A stretch of 59,357 bases of DNA, counting the filler, from Sphacelaria rigidula (taxonomy: Eukaryota): assembly GCA_964200075.2 (NCBI GenBank). It is 9 parts of 9 records of this genome, joined end to end, with 100 filler letters (N's around TTAATTAATTAA, not from the genome) between each part and the next. Parts side by side here need not be neighbours in the genome. Positions count along the whole stretch, not along the records: positions 33,034 to 39,539 come from CAXNAA020019673.1; positions 39,640 to 46,145 come from CAXNAA020019674.1; positions 46,246 to 52,751 come from CAXNAA020019675.1; 6 more parts are not named here. One strand, written 5' to 3'. Positions 39,409-52,751 of the stretch are shown here, in pieces; within the stretch, counting starts at the first letter, position 1; every line of letters starts with the position of its first letter. The translations under genes were made by a program, and so were the position numbers. The notes beneath the pieces are model-generated. The model was given only the letters and a program-made list of their open reading frames with translations, did not search any database and was not told the DNA's origin.

Positions 39409-39539
39409 GAGTGGTGCTACGGTAGGGGTGCACAAATATTTTCTGAGGTTAGAATTGTTAGGAGCCCTTTATCGCATCCAAAACACGACTTATGAAAATA
39501 TGTGAGAGTACGCCCGGATTACGATTCCAATGTGCTAGG
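39409..39539 (+). mobile_element. Partial copy of the MITE at 57477-57733 (cut by contig end)
   Basis: gctacggtaggggtgcac..tttctgaggttagaattgttaggagccc shared. Confidence 0.85.
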
Positions 39540-39639
39540 NNNNNNNNNNNNNNNNNNNNNNNNNNNNNNNNNNNNNNNNNNNNTTAATTAATTAANNNNN
39601 NNNNNNNNNNNNNNNNNNNNNNNNNNNNNNNNNNNNNNN

Positions 39640-39887
39640 ACGGTGCTTCGCGCTTGGTGGTTTGAGTGCAAGCCTGGTCCGGCGAAAACCCTCCATGCTC
39701 CGTCCCGGCATTGCAGGGATGCGAGGTCAGTCGTCTTATGACTATGGCATGCACGATCATGAGTACACCTCCCCTCCCGCCCCTGCCCCCCTCCGGTGCT
39801 CGTCCCGGAAGAAGGAGATGCGTGGTCAATGGTCAAACGATTATCAAGGTAAACAGCAAATGAGTACGCCCCCCCCCGCCCCCCTCC
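39640..39887 (+). mobile_element. Family A 3' part followed by a ~75-nt family B 3' end inserted in its C-rich tail
   Basis: A ends gagtaca at ~39767; B (ggtgctcgtccc..gagtacg) is flanked by gcccccctcc at 39785-39794 and 39878-39887. Confidence 0.85.
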
Positions 39888-40514
39888 CAACAAACGAAAA
39901 AAGCAACAGCTACAGTAGGCGAAGCAGACACAAACTTTCCCACGGCGTAGCGAGGGATTTCGAGATACATTGCACATATCCCGCAGATAGATGCATAACT
40001 CCGCCGAGTGCCCGAACACGTCAAACCAGACATAAACAATAATAGTATACACTATATTATCATTTCTCGGAAATGTCCGAAAAAGCAGCATTTACACGAG
40101 CTGGCCTAGAAACGGATTCAAGATTTCAAGGCAATATATATATATATATATATACTCCGGAGTATATATGTGGGGCATATCTCTTTACTCGTACATGGTG
40201 AGAGTTCAGCGATGACATATAGTCTATATACCCTCCTGAACAACACGCAGCCCGCACACGAGCAATAACGTAATTAGGAAACATGTACGGTTATTGCGCG
40301 ACACATTTTAAAATTCGGCTGACTTGGTTTAAAACCTGTTGTGATTAACAGAAGTACTTACTTCTTTGAGAAGGGGGCGGCGACTATTACCATATACATA
40401 CGCGGCCAAATACGTTCATACGGAGTATTTGATACAGGCTGGTTCACGAAAAAAAAGAAAGTACACTCATCGGCAAAACTTCACGCCGTTTTAAGGATTT
40501 ACCCCCTGAATTCT

Positions 40515-40850
40515 TGCACAGGTCTTAACGCAACTGTGCAAGGACGAGTTTTTTTTCTACTTCTTGACTTTTATCACCGTTTTTCCGGGGTCCCAGTTTT
40601 GTCGGGAAAACTTCGATCCAGTGGGATCCCCGTAAAACGATAAAAAAATAAATAAATAACAAAACCTCGTTCATGCAAAGTTGCGTAATGACCCATAGCA
40701 CACTTGTACAAAATTTCAGGTCCAAACTCCTGAAAACGGCGTAAAGTTTTTCGCGTTTGTGCGATGAACCTTGCCGTGCCACGGTGAAACGGCAAACTAG
40801 TAGATAGTAGATTTTAGTTTGAAAATGGCGTTTTCGGACCCTTTCCGACG

Positions 40851-40887
<37 letters not shown>

Positions 40888-41310
40888 CTTCACAAAAAAA
40901 TCCGTTCCGTTATCTGCGCGGTACATTTGTACTGGGCATCTGATGCGGGCACCTTCCGTGGTCACAGGCTAACAATAGGCGTGGAACATGAAAGTTCAAG
41001 CACCAGTTAATCGAGTTTGGGCACGAAACTCTGTGGGTTTCTTCCTTGGGTTTTGCGTTGGTAGAGCGTTCGCGAAAAAAATGAAAAAAAGACTGTTATG
41101 CCGGTTTTCGGGGGTGTCAGAATGGATGACTTCGAAAAAACGACTTGGATCCCGTCGGACCCCGGAAAATCGGTAAAAAAATCAAGAATTAGAAGCTCGT
41201 CGATCGAAACTTGCGGAATGATTCATAGCATGTTTGTGCAAAGTTTCAGGGTCTATCTCCTACCTACCTAATAAATGTGAAGATTTGCGCGTTTGTGCGA
41301 GGATGTGAGC
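40515..41310. repeat. Complex repeat with inverted and direct degenerate segments; contains (TTG)n at ~40850-40886
   Basis: gacgag..ttcttga..ttttccggggtcc (40520-40572) is inverted at ~41155-41200; catagca..tgt(a/g)caaa.tttcagg..cgcgtttgtgcga is direct at ~40694 and ~41224. Confidence 0.6.
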
Positions 41311-42308
41311 TTAAAACGTGCAAACTCCTAACTACTTGGTTTGAGTGTAAACACATCTTTTAGGGTGAATTTTACGTCAAGGCAGGAACAACTGTATGAG
41401 ATTTCCGAGTTTCTCCACCAAATCTTGTACATATGTTCCTGGGACCATCCTGCGACGCATCATGCCATTATTTTTTCTTGAGTAATTCTGTACCGCCTCT
41501 CGGGGGTCTTTGTACTGGGACCGCCGGAAGCCGGTAGAGAGCGGATAAACTTTGAACCCTTGCCAAGAACACAGTTTTTTCATTTGGAGCATCAATATCT
41601 ATGGAACTGCCAAGTTTGAGGATGATCTGAGCTCTTCTACAAGAACAGATACAAGGGAAATCGTCACCAGCCTCCGTAGTAAATCTTTTCTGCGTGTCAT
41701 GAGTGGAAATAGGATAGATCAAACTCCACATCACCGAAACATTACGGTTTCGGGTATAATTCGACCCCGTTGGAATCGTTTTCAAATCTGTTTCTCCCGT
41801 TAGATTCTTGAGGTGATGACGGTCAACACGATTTAAAGCATGTGAAAATTCGATGGGAATTGGGCCTGGAATTCGTATTTTCAATTTCGGAACAGTTTGA
41901 AAGGCGCTGATTGGTCGAGACACATTTTTGTCCATAGCGCCACTGCTATAGCCTTGAAAAAATCCGACTATGTCACCCTCTTCGTCTGTTCATTACAGTC
42001 GGTATGATATCATGTATGCGGTTATTGGGTGCGTATTGCAGAAGGCATTTACTGATGACATAATTTGGGGGGTTTTCCGTGAACCAGCCTGTATTTGCTT
42101 GTTGTAATATTACGAGTACTGTATGCAGCTGCATAATGAATTTAATTATTTTTTCTACTTTTTTATTTCAAAGCAAAAGGTATGTGTACCTCCTCCAGTC
42201 CAGACTGGAGCCGTCAAGAGTTCGCCAACAGACCGATCACACCAAGATCACACAACTCACACTCTGTATTGCACTGGACGTGTGTTGTGCAAGTTCCAGG
42301 GTGTAACC

Positions 42309-42403
42309 ATGCCGAACGTGATGGCAGGAGATATTGGTGGTACGTCGTCAAGGTTCATGCTATATGAGGTGTCTGTGCACGAGCAGTTACACCAGGGAAC
42401 AAG
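42309..42403 (+). CDS. Glucokinase-like protein, first coding exon
   Basis: MPNVMAGDIGGTSSRFMLYEV carries the sugar-kinase DIGGT phosphate motif; accATG context; donor ag|gtaaag; downstream exons not found in this contig. Confidence 0.7.
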
Positions 42404-45400
42404 GTAAAGTACGTTCCTGGTTTTTCGCTTGAATATCCTACGCGTGATACGGTACAATCAGCAGAACATACCACCATGCCGCGGGCATGCGCCTCACAAC
42501 GCTACAGGCCACGTCCCGCGAAGTTGTATTGCGGCAGAATATCATGAAACCGATACCTCTATATTGTTCATGGAGACACTAGGTTTGTGTGGGTGATATG
42601 CTGGCCTGCCGGACGACATCTGTTCCACCATTTTGCCGAGAGACCCCACAACCTTCCAGCCTATACTATACTGAGTTTTTGCATGTTTTCCTTGCTGTAC
42701 TTGTAGTACCAAACTCCCCGACCAATAGAAATCGGCACCCGTCAACCATTTTCTGCCGGGGCAACAAGGTGGAGGACTACGTGGACAGTGCGCACTGTGG
42801 GTGTGGCGCGCGAGAGTATCAACTGCATCCGCACGGCAGCATCGATTTTCATCATTCGAAGTGCCAATACTTGTCTAGTCCGCAAGGTCGTCGTCCCTGT
42901 GCCACTGTCTGTTGGCGATCGCATCTATCCGACCCAACCCGAACCATATCCACTTGCTCGCATTATCTAGTGTCACGTTCTCCACCACCCCTCAGAATAC
43001 GAGACACGATGACGTCGCAGGATTCGATAAAGCATATAATCACAGTCATACTGGGGCAAAGTATGGGGAATCTTCATATCTACCTTGCTCAAAACCTCTG
43101 ACTCTAGTGTGCCCACCACATCGCATGGACAGACGAGGCATATTTCGCAAAATCTGGCACAGCAGCGATACAGGCTGGTTCAGGATGGATGCCCAAAATT
43201 TCAAGGTTGTGTTCTGCAGGGGACGGTTTCCTGTATACCCGGCGTATTTTCCCGGGTATTTACCGTGTCCGACTGGTCTGGGACTTCTGTAAGACTTTGA
43301 TACCGGTACCCGACAGTTAGGCTTTTGACTTATTTTTATGCGTGCATATATAATTTCGCACACTATACTACGAGTTTTTGCGCACAACCTTCTGCGTTTT
43401 TTTAAAACACACGTTTACGGAGATTTCAGCATAACAAAGGCGTTGAAGCTCAGCTTGACGCATAACTTGGCGAATGTAGTACTCCGACGGGATATAATGC
43501 ACCCTATGCCCAGCAGCTAGTAGCTGCCCACGGGTGCTTCATGTGGCGTGGCTCGTCGAGTTGTGGCGCTTGTGTTCGTAGTTTATTTATTTTTTAGCTT
43601 TGTTGCGGGTCTGATGACGGTTTTTGTGCTGTATGTGACCTACTTCATGTTCATGTGAAATTAATAAAAGAATAAATGTGTCATATTTCATATCAGACGT
43701 GGGGGCGGTGGGCCATAGGTACGGGATTATTTTCATAAATAGTACAGACACTAATTATAAGTTATTTGATTAATAATTTTGACCGGTCCCTTTACGTTTC
43801 ATAGTACACTTAGTACCAACTTGATTTGAGTGTAGGTTCCGCAACACATGGTTTTGGCGACATTTTGGTGCCCGCGGCCGCAGTACAGCACCGTGCGGAG
43901 GCAGGATGATATCCAAGACGATGGCAGTCTCGCAAGCGGTGCTTTGTCTATTGGTATACTGTGTGGTGTACCCAACGTTCGCTTTGAGTGTCGCCGTGCC
44001 CGCGGTATGGTTGCGGTGGCCGGAGTTGGTGTTGCAGTCTCTATTTGCGCGTAGGTTGCTGCTGCATCTGCACGGCCTTCGATACGGGGCACGATTTCAA
44101 GACGGCTCCACCGTCGTCGTTCTGCGGTGTTTCATGTTGCTCGGACGGAACATTAACCGATAAAAAGCCTCCACACGCATCAATGTATCAGTGCTGGTGG
44201 CCCCTTTTTGTAGGCTGCCGTGCTGTTGTTCTGGATGGCTCGCGTTGATCGATGCCGTACAGACATGCATGACAGCCACGGTGCCAACTGGTTGGCCAGC
44301 GCTGGCGGATCTTCTTGCGATACAGATACAGTCGGTATCGCGACAGAAAGTTGTTGCGGTACAACGCTGGACACAACCAAGCGCTCTACACACGGGATAT
44401 CAGATAGCTAACGCAATAATATATCCCTCTTGTCTGTACAATCCCGTGTGCTAGAACGCCGCTTCCTTTCTAAGGTGTACGCTTCGCTTCCTTTGACTTG
44501 GTGCCATCTCGGTCTGTATCAAAATATTATCGATGCTGACTGCTCTTTTTTTTCTTTCAGCTCTCCTCCTTCTGCTGTCCTGGGCTGTAGCAGGCCAACG
44601 GAGGAAATTGAAGCCCAAAACAAGCACGGATAACAATTAACCGAAGAGTGCAATCTTGTTGACCCCTCTGCGGCAGAAAGAGTTCGAGTACCGCAGGTAT
44701 CCAGCGAAAATCCCGACAAAAATCATGGAAAACAACGAAAAAATCGATGATTTCAGTTTAATTATTTCGTAATGACCCGTACCTATGAACTCGGTACCGA
44801 CGTAGGTTTTTGCTTTTTATGCGCTTTTTTTTTTTTTCCATGCTGGCAGGTACGTTCCATAAGGGGTACTGCCAGGAACCGCCTCAAAGCAGAACGCGAA
44901 AAAGGCGAATAAGTTGCGCATACTTAACCAAAATACGTGGTCATTAAAACCCAGGCCGTTATCGACATCCACGGCAAAGAGTACGAGCTGCCACCGGAAT
45001 TTCATCGAGGCCGTCGACAATTTTGTAGTGCGAAGTGCTTCCAGAGAGCGGGCAGCCGTAAAAGCTCCTTCACGTACACTCCCAGAATGTACGTGAAACC
45101 GACAGATGTTGACGATCCCGTGCACATGTACTGCTGAGAGTGTGTGTAGCCTTTCTCTGTCGACCCCGTGAAGCCGTTCAGAGTGTTCGCGAACTGCCAT
45201 CTGTAGTTCGCCACTATGGTGACGTAGGTCCCACCACAGGGGTGATGATACCGAGGTTGTGTCCTGTAGAGTACGATGTTCTGTACACCCGGGGTACTTT
45301 GGGGTTTTTACCGTGCCCGACAGGTCTTTGACTTCTGTGAGACTTTCACACGTCGGACGAGTCATTACTCGTCGAAATCGAGTGCACTCGTTAATGTTTT

Positions 45401-45408
45401 TCGAACAC

Positions 45409-45565
45409 ACCACGAGCAGTGACTCGAGTACTCGCCCTGTTAGTTTTTCCCACCACGAGCAATGACTCGAATACTCGCCCTAATAATTTTTGCCGCCACG
45501 AGCAATGACTCGAGTGCTTGCTCTATTATATCATTTGTTTCCACCACGAGCAGCCGAACGAGTGC
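45409..45565 (+). repeat. ~43-bp degenerate tandem repeat, 3-4 units
   Basis: ccacgagca(a/g)tgactcga(g/a)tactcgccct repeated. Confidence 0.8.
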
Positions 45566-48267
45566 GAGTGCGAGTGCCACGATTCATACTCATGCTCGTC
45601 CGACGTGTACATTCTTGCTGTACTGTTACCGGCTGTGGGTTTTGTGCTTGTACAGTACTCCGCACCACCGCAGGCTCCCTGCATTCGCTAGTGAAGCTCC
45701 GCCCATGTGATGAGAGATACAATGTTACGCGTAGGAATGAGGGCCGATTTTGGGACCTAAGTTCCTGGAAAGTGCAAGCTGAACGCTACATGCGTCAGAA
45801 TTGGTCCGTAATCCGACGAATCATAATCTATGAAAAATACATGCGTCACCTACAAATGACGATCTGGCTCATATGAAATGAACTATATTTCTGACAACAT
45901 TTATTTAAGCCTGGGAGTGGTCGGTGTTGAGGGGTTACTGTTCCTCCGGGTAACTCGCTCCACATCAGCGGGTGAAAACTCTTGTTGCACTAGCTAGTCT
46001 CCTGCTTCTGTCTGTACCACTCGGGAAGCACACGCCCCCTAGGTGCCACCTATTGCATATACGTGGCATCCATGAGACAGTGTAAAAGCTGTGGCTTTCT
46101 CTGGACGTGGTGAAACCGCAGAATAAAGCAACTCATTGTTGGCTGNNNNNNNNNNNNNNNNNNNNNNNNNNNNNNNNNNNNNNNNNNNNTTAATTAATTA
46201 ANNNNNNNNNNNNNNNNNNNNNNNNNNNNNNNNNNNNNNNNNNNNGAGAGGAGCCTAGCCCACTTTTCCGATTCGCTTGGGTCAGAGATTTCGAGAGCGG
46301 CCTCTGGACAAAAATACGAGAAAAACATATATTGCACAGTTTGCAGGTATTTGCAGTGCTACTCTCGGTGGGGTGATACAAAGTTTCCAAGCACGTGTGG
46401 TGGCGATTTTCCCTGTTTGGGGGTCAAAAACCTTGTCAAATGTCCTAAAAGTGGGAAATACAAACAAAATACGAACCTGAAGACAGGCGCTGAAATTCTG
46501 ATACGACATTTTTGTTATCAATCCGCGCAATCCTGTGAGGGGTGTCACGGGGAAAAAAAAAAGCAGGAAGTTAGAGCGGGTCGAAGTTTCAGGAAAAACA
46601 GGGAAAATGCTATAACTTCTTGAAAAAATGATGAAAAACGATGACAACGCTCCGGCACATACGGGCACTCGTGTCAACCACATCCTTGTAAAGTTTCAGC
46701 TAAAAATACGTAAAATTGGGCTTGGCATCGCACTTTTTGTGTGACCCCGGTGGTCAAACTGACACAACAACCTCAAATTACGAAGGTCATGAGTTCGAAT
46801 CCCGACACGACAATAACGGTTTTGTGCACACTAATCGTGCATAATCTCTCGTACCTCTGGGTTGCACAGGGTCTCTATATTTTGGTGACGATCTTACTTT
46901 TGGGGGGGGTATAGCGCAGTTTCAAGTAGTACTTCTCCCTCGTGCGGTTATATACAACAGCTGGCTCGGAGGTTCTCTCTTATTATGGAGCTTCTGACGA
47001 GCTTGATGCCATCTTGCAGCACGACCAGTGTGCTCTTGCCTGGGCATGTCGGGTGTGCGTGTGCCTATGTGGCGCAACGGTCTATCGTAATTCCACCGTA
47101 TTTTCTGAAACGAAACGCCTCCAGACACGTTGTCACGCAATGGCGAGAGACGTACCCGGTACTCAATGCAGTACAACAACATCATCGCCAAAACTGCGCC
47201 AATCGAGCAGCGGCGGTGCCGTGTGTTACCAGGTTAGTCTGCAAGCCACAGCGATATGCTCAAGTCGCGCTGATTTGGGAAACTTGAGCAGTTGTAGTGC
47301 AGAGAGAGAATGTGGGAGTTACTGCCGGTCCAGGACATGTACTTTCTGGGCCGAGTGGTGGCCTAGATAAGGCACGGTTTGAAAAGATCCTAGATCAGGT
47401 ATAACCTGGCCGAAAATTTGGCCGGGAAAGGGGACGTGGTTTCAGAAGGTAAAGACGTTCCTGTGCGCATGCCCATATCTCGCCAGTAACTGTTTTTATA
47501 TTTCGAGAACGGGGTCCCGAAGAGCCCTCCGACTGTTGTGCGCGAAAAATTCGAGGTGAAATCGGTCGAGATTGTGTGTGTTTGCTGTTCTCGCGTTTCT
47601 GGTCATTTTTCGTACGTTTCTTGGGCATAACACGAGGATGTTTAGCTTTTCAAGGCTAATGTTGCTCTTTATTTTTTGTTGGCGAGAACTTGCGCATCTT
47701 CTTTCATAGGAAGGATCAGCGACCGAACTGCGTGGTACGGTGGGCAACTGAGTTGCGTGCACGCTCAAAAACAGTGCAGGCAGTACAAAGCTGCACGTTG
47801 CTCAAGTCCTTTCACGTCGCATCGTAAGCAGAGAGAGCTGATAGTCCTGGGCTGTCTGCACCGCACGTTGCCCGCTTCTCGTTTACATCTTCCTGTACGA
47901 AACACGCACACACGCACGCGAGACACTGCTTGCAAGCAGCGCAGATAGTACACACTGTCTGTACGTACTGTAAACGAGGGACCATGTATAGTTTCACGAA
48001 TTTCAGTCTTTTTTCGACCGAAAGCTTGAAAATCCGCTTGAATCCAACTCGAGAAAAATATGCAAATTTCGCTCGAATCGATTCCACCGCTCCATTTTTT
48101 CGATCGATAAAAAGTGTCATGGACCATTTTTTATGGCAGTCACAAAAACGCATCTGTACGCAGATCGGGGGAACTTAAATCGGGAAACGCCTTCTAAGGC
48201 CGTTCTTGGACCATATTTTATGGCAGTCACTACTCTCGATTTTTTCGAGCATCGGGGGTGAAAACTG

Positions 48268-48342
48268 GTCGCCCCGGTGGCTCAGTTGGTAACCTCGAAA
48301 CCCTCTGACGTTTGGGCCGTGGGTTCAAATCTCGGAGCGATC
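48268..48342 (+). other. tRNA-derived Pol III-like head (pseudo-tRNA/SINE); related sequence at 46742-46811
   Basis: A-box TGGCTCAGTTGG (48278) and B-box GGTTCAAATC (48322) at tRNA-like spacing, but D- and T-stems do not pair. Confidence 0.5.
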
Positions 48343-48804
48343 TGGGATTTTTTATCACACCATGCCCAACAGTGGAGAGTGACTGTCGTGGGTACACAAC
48401 ATTCGACTTGATGGTCGACGAGGGAAAGTCCCCAAAAAAGTCCGAAACCTAGCGACCACAAAGTCGTACCCGACCTGCTGGTTGACCCGCAGACCCGGAA
48501 GATTCGAGGATGCAAACGGGGCGCGAAAGCTTGTGTGCCGGAGCTCACAAACATTTAACGAACATGTGTGAAAAATCTTGCGGGCACGCACACGCCCGAA
48601 CGGTATAATCTGATGACGCCACGTCGAACCTCAGCTGGTCGCGGGATCTGCATTTTGCGGATCGGGGACAAAGATCACCGACCCGATTCCGGATTGAAGG
48701 AAGAACACCTCCGAATCCGATGACGTAGACTGAACAATCGGATGTCTTCCTCCGACCCCCCCACACACAACGACATTCCGGCGCTGTAGACACGACCCAC
48801 CAAG

Positions 48805-50160
48805 CAACTCGTGACAGCACAGACCGTGCCTCCCAGCACAGACCGTGCCTCCCAGCACAGACCGTGCCTCCCAGCACAGACCGTGGCTGCCAGCGTCAGC
48901 TGCTGGAGCAGCTTCGCACGAGGTCTGACAAGCGGATAAGAAGTGTTGACGCCGTACCCTGCGGCGATGGTAATGTATTATGCTGCACTGCGGTGCTGGA
49001 TGCATCATCATAACTAACGGTAGTCTACTATCCCACTCTGCTGTCGCTGTACTTGCAGGGTGATGTATGACAGTGCACTTATGAACTCTTGTCGCATACT
49101 GTGCACTGTTCTCGCAATACCGACTGTGCCATCATGTATTACCAGACGGCATTATTTTTTACTGTGATGGTGGAGTGCACTGCATTTTACCCCAGGGTAC
49201 CACGGTTCGACGCTGCTCTTGCAGGATGATCCACTGCCTGCCTGTTCTTCGGCTTCACTGTGATATCACACCCCTCCGGAAAATGACCCTCCGTCCACAG
49301 AACTATCTAATCAAATGTGTGAAGCCATAACATACTGGGGGTATACACGGATCTGAGTTTCGTGAATCTGAGTCTTCCCGGATTTGACGGATTCGGGATT
49401 GGTCCGCATGAAATATGATCTTGACAGTCACCAATCTCGATTTTGATGCAGATCGAGGCAAAAAAGTCGGGGAACGCATTTCATGAACCCCGATCTGGGC
49501 TAAATCGGGAGAGCAAAAATCTGTGTGTCACGATGTCGTTCCCGCGATTTTTTGCATTTTTACGAAAAGTCGCAGGAAAGCTGAGGTCCCCCCGATTTTG
49601 ATAATGTGACGTACGTTCATTACTGTGCAATGGTCGGGTACGAGGTGTTTGATATTTTTGCAACCGCACCAGAAGACAGCCTCGTGACAGCGCAGGGCGT
49701 GCCTGCCCGCCCCAGCTGCTTGTGCAGCTTCGCACGGGCTTTGACAAGGGATACATGAGTGTTGACGCCGTACCCTGCGGCGATGGTAATATATGATGCT
49801 GCACTGCGCTGCCATATGTATCACCATAACGAGCGGTACTGCACTATCCTAGTCTGTTGTCGCTGTGCTTGCAGGGTGATGTATGGCACTGCACCACTGG
49901 ACTCTTCTCGGCCACTGTTCACTGTTTTCGCAATACCGACTGTGCCATCATGTTTTACCAAACGGCATTGTTATATACTGTACAGTAATAATGGAGTGTC
50001 CTGCACTGTGTTGCCCAGGGTACCACGGTACGACCCTGTACTCGACGGATTATTCACCGCCTGCTTGCTCTTCGGCTTCATGCACGAGTACGCGATACCA
50101 CACTCATGCAGAAAATGATTGTTTGTGTACAGAACTACATCACAAATCTGTGATACCATA
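48805..50160 (+). repeat. Two diverged ~500-bp direct repeats (48805-49330, 49680-50160); the first has a 19-bp x3.7 microarray at 48815-48885
   Basis: ctcgtgacagc..gtgttgacgccgtaccctgcggcgatggtaat..cccagggtaccacgg..caaat in both; unit cagcacagaccgtgcctcc. Confidence 0.9.
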
Positions 50161-51244
50161 AAACGTTCCCCCCGATTTCGAGTTCGCAAATATTAATCCC
50201 CACGATATAAATCGGGGTCCCCACAAAATCGAAATTCGTTGCCATAAAAGTCGGTCTTAAAATTCGGTCAACACTCAAATCAAGTGATTTCAACCATGAG
50301 TAGGTTGTAGTCTAACCGGGGTAAACTCTATCGCCCATCTGCGCACTCTCGAGGGCTAACCCTTACTCATTTTTCAGGTGAATATGCAGCAGATCATCCT
50401 GGTGGTGAAATATTGAACGGTTAGGTGGAATGTCTTCTACAGTGATGGGCGTGAATGAGGGCTTTAGCCACCAAAAATGCGCGGCCAGGCTTATAAAACG
50501 AATAGCGCGGATGAATAATGGACATGTCATCAGCTGTCTCGAGCTGTTTGAATGCTTATAGTAGGACACACCCGCCGTCCCCTATTAACCCTCGAACAGC
50601 GAGCGCCGCCTCGGAACAGTTTCACAGGCTGACAGTCCGGAGACATTGGCGAGTGTTCCAGTGGCCGCGGGAGGGGGGCGTGGTTTTTGAGGGGGGGGGG
50701 GGGGGGGGTCTGTTCGTAAAGCTGACGAAAAGCTCATCAAGTCAACCATATGTGCCTGGAAGTTCCCCCCGGAAGATTCTAAGGCAGGAGCGAGGCCCGA
50801 GAGACGCGGAATGACCATTCTGACCGATCACGGCCGTCAACAGAGGTATCTCAATCTCGGCTTTCCGGTGTCCTAGTATGATGTTTGGCTGTTCCCTTCC
50901 CGGAACATATTTCAGGATATATCTGGAAAAACGTGCAGTTACCTCAAACTTGAACCCTGCATTACTTTCACTCGAAAAATGAATGTGAACTACACCATCC
51001 CGTCGTACAAGCTGAGTACACTGTTAGCTATGCTAATCGTGCCCAAACGTATAGGGTGTTTTTTGGGAAAGTAAGAAGGATCTTCCCGATGGAATATCGT
51101 GCAAACCGATGACATGCGAATGATCCTCCTCGTCGGTCGGAAAGTAAGCGCCGTGCTGTACCCATGACACGCGCACCTCCCTGCTGCATTGCATCGCCCG
51201 CACGGTCCGTTCATCCGTCTTCACGCCAAATTTGTGACAACGCA

Positions 51245-51850
51245 ACGCGGATGACCCACCCTGCGGGTGTCTGTATGGTTCGAGACAAGGCCGATCTGGA
51301 ACGCACGGTACAGCAGTACTATGCTGTATAGAACAGTACGGCCTTGTCTTCTATTTCCCTCTCGTTGCGTTCGTTCCGTTTGTTCATGGATATCACCGAG
51401 GATCAGATTACACCAAACTCTTGAACCCTTCGACAGCGTCACCTCTTCCTGCCTTCAGCTGCAAAACTAATCCTTGAACTACCACTTGGGTGGGCTATCT
51501 AAGTCTTGCATTCATTTTTGAAGCAAATATTGCGGCCATGAAACACGCATGACCCATCCTGACGGTGGTCGTTGTCTGTATAGATGGACAAAGCAGGAAT
51601 ACACAGTACAGCACAGCATAACGCAGTACAGTGCAGCGCAGTACAGGGCAGTGTTATCTTCTCTGTGCCCCCGCTGCATTCCTTCCTTCGTCTATGGGTA
51701 TTACCACGTATCAGATTGCTCCTTTGGCGAGCGTCACCTCTTCCTCACGCCAGCTGTAAAAGTGACGCTTCATTGCCAGGGTGGGCGATCGGCATGTGTT
51801 TATTTTTCAAGTCAAAATATCAGGAGGTGGTCACCTCTTCCTACAACCGG
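51245..51850 (+). repeat. Two degenerate ~300-bp direct copies
   Basis: atgaccca(c/t)cctg..tgtctgtat..atcagatt..agcgtcacctcttcct..cagctg at ~51250-51465 and ~51548-51757. Confidence 0.65.
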
Positions 51851-52611
51851 CCCCTAAAGTTGAACCCTTCGACTCCAATTGAGTCATCTGGATTTCGCAT
51901 TATTTTTTCGAGTCAAAAGTATGTGGAGTCAACATATGACTGACCCTGGGGTGAGTGGCACTTGTCCGTGTATTCCAGAGGGGTACAAGCTCAAGTCGCA
52001 ACGGACGGAGGCTTGAGAGACGGTACGGCGAACATGGCAGTACTAATCTTCTCAACACAACAGACGAAGAGAAGAGTATAATTCAGTCACCATGATGTCC
52101 GTTTCAGTGCACGCCATGTTCCTTGCCTTGTGTTCCCTTTACGGCTGTGTACACAAGTGGCAGCACCTTTCTCAACAGAATATATCGGGGTGCATTACAT
52201 TTGGACATGCGCACGCACCGAAACATAGTTCCTCCGATTCAGATCTATCCGCCGAGGTTTCCCCCCGAACCAATTATGTCTGTGATTATTTTTCACTTTC
52301 ATTAATTGGGAACCGCGCGTTGCTGGGGACACTCCGTCGAAGAATGGATTTTGCTCCCGCGGTTCTCGAGCTTCATTTTTTCATATCATGCGACATGCAG
52401 TACACACGTGCAATGTGGGGTCCCATCATCATATTACGCGACTGTTTGCGCATGATAATAGCAACTGCCAACCTCAAACCAGGACGGCACATTATTTATT
52501 ACTGATTGTGGCTACTCGCAACTCAAAACGGGAGAGTAGTACCCTCATCTCACCCCTCAGCCTCACCTATATCGCGCTTCCTTCCAACCTGAGGAGGGAG
52601 AGGGAGGGGGC

Positions 52612-52751
52612 GGGAGGTGTACTCATGAGCATGCATGCTATAGTCACAAGACAATTGACCCCTACAATGCCGGGATGGAGCACGCCGGGTTTTCGCCGGA
52701 CCAGGCTTGCACTTAAACCACCAACCTCGAAGCGCCGTGGTGTGTTCGGCG
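52612..52751 (-). mobile_element. Family A 3' part next to a G-rich tract (contig end)
   Basis: gggagggggcgggagg-tgtactcatgagcatgcatgc..ggagcacgccgggttttcgccggaccagg. Confidence 0.85.

Noticed and set aside
44636..45394. piggyBac-like element (TTAA flanks, Cys-rich RRQFCSAKC..HMYC.EC fragment)
   Set aside because: TIRs match poorly and the peptide is too short and broken to support the call
48268..48342. Functional tRNA gene
   Set aside because: D-stem and T-stem do not pair; kept only as a tRNA-derived head
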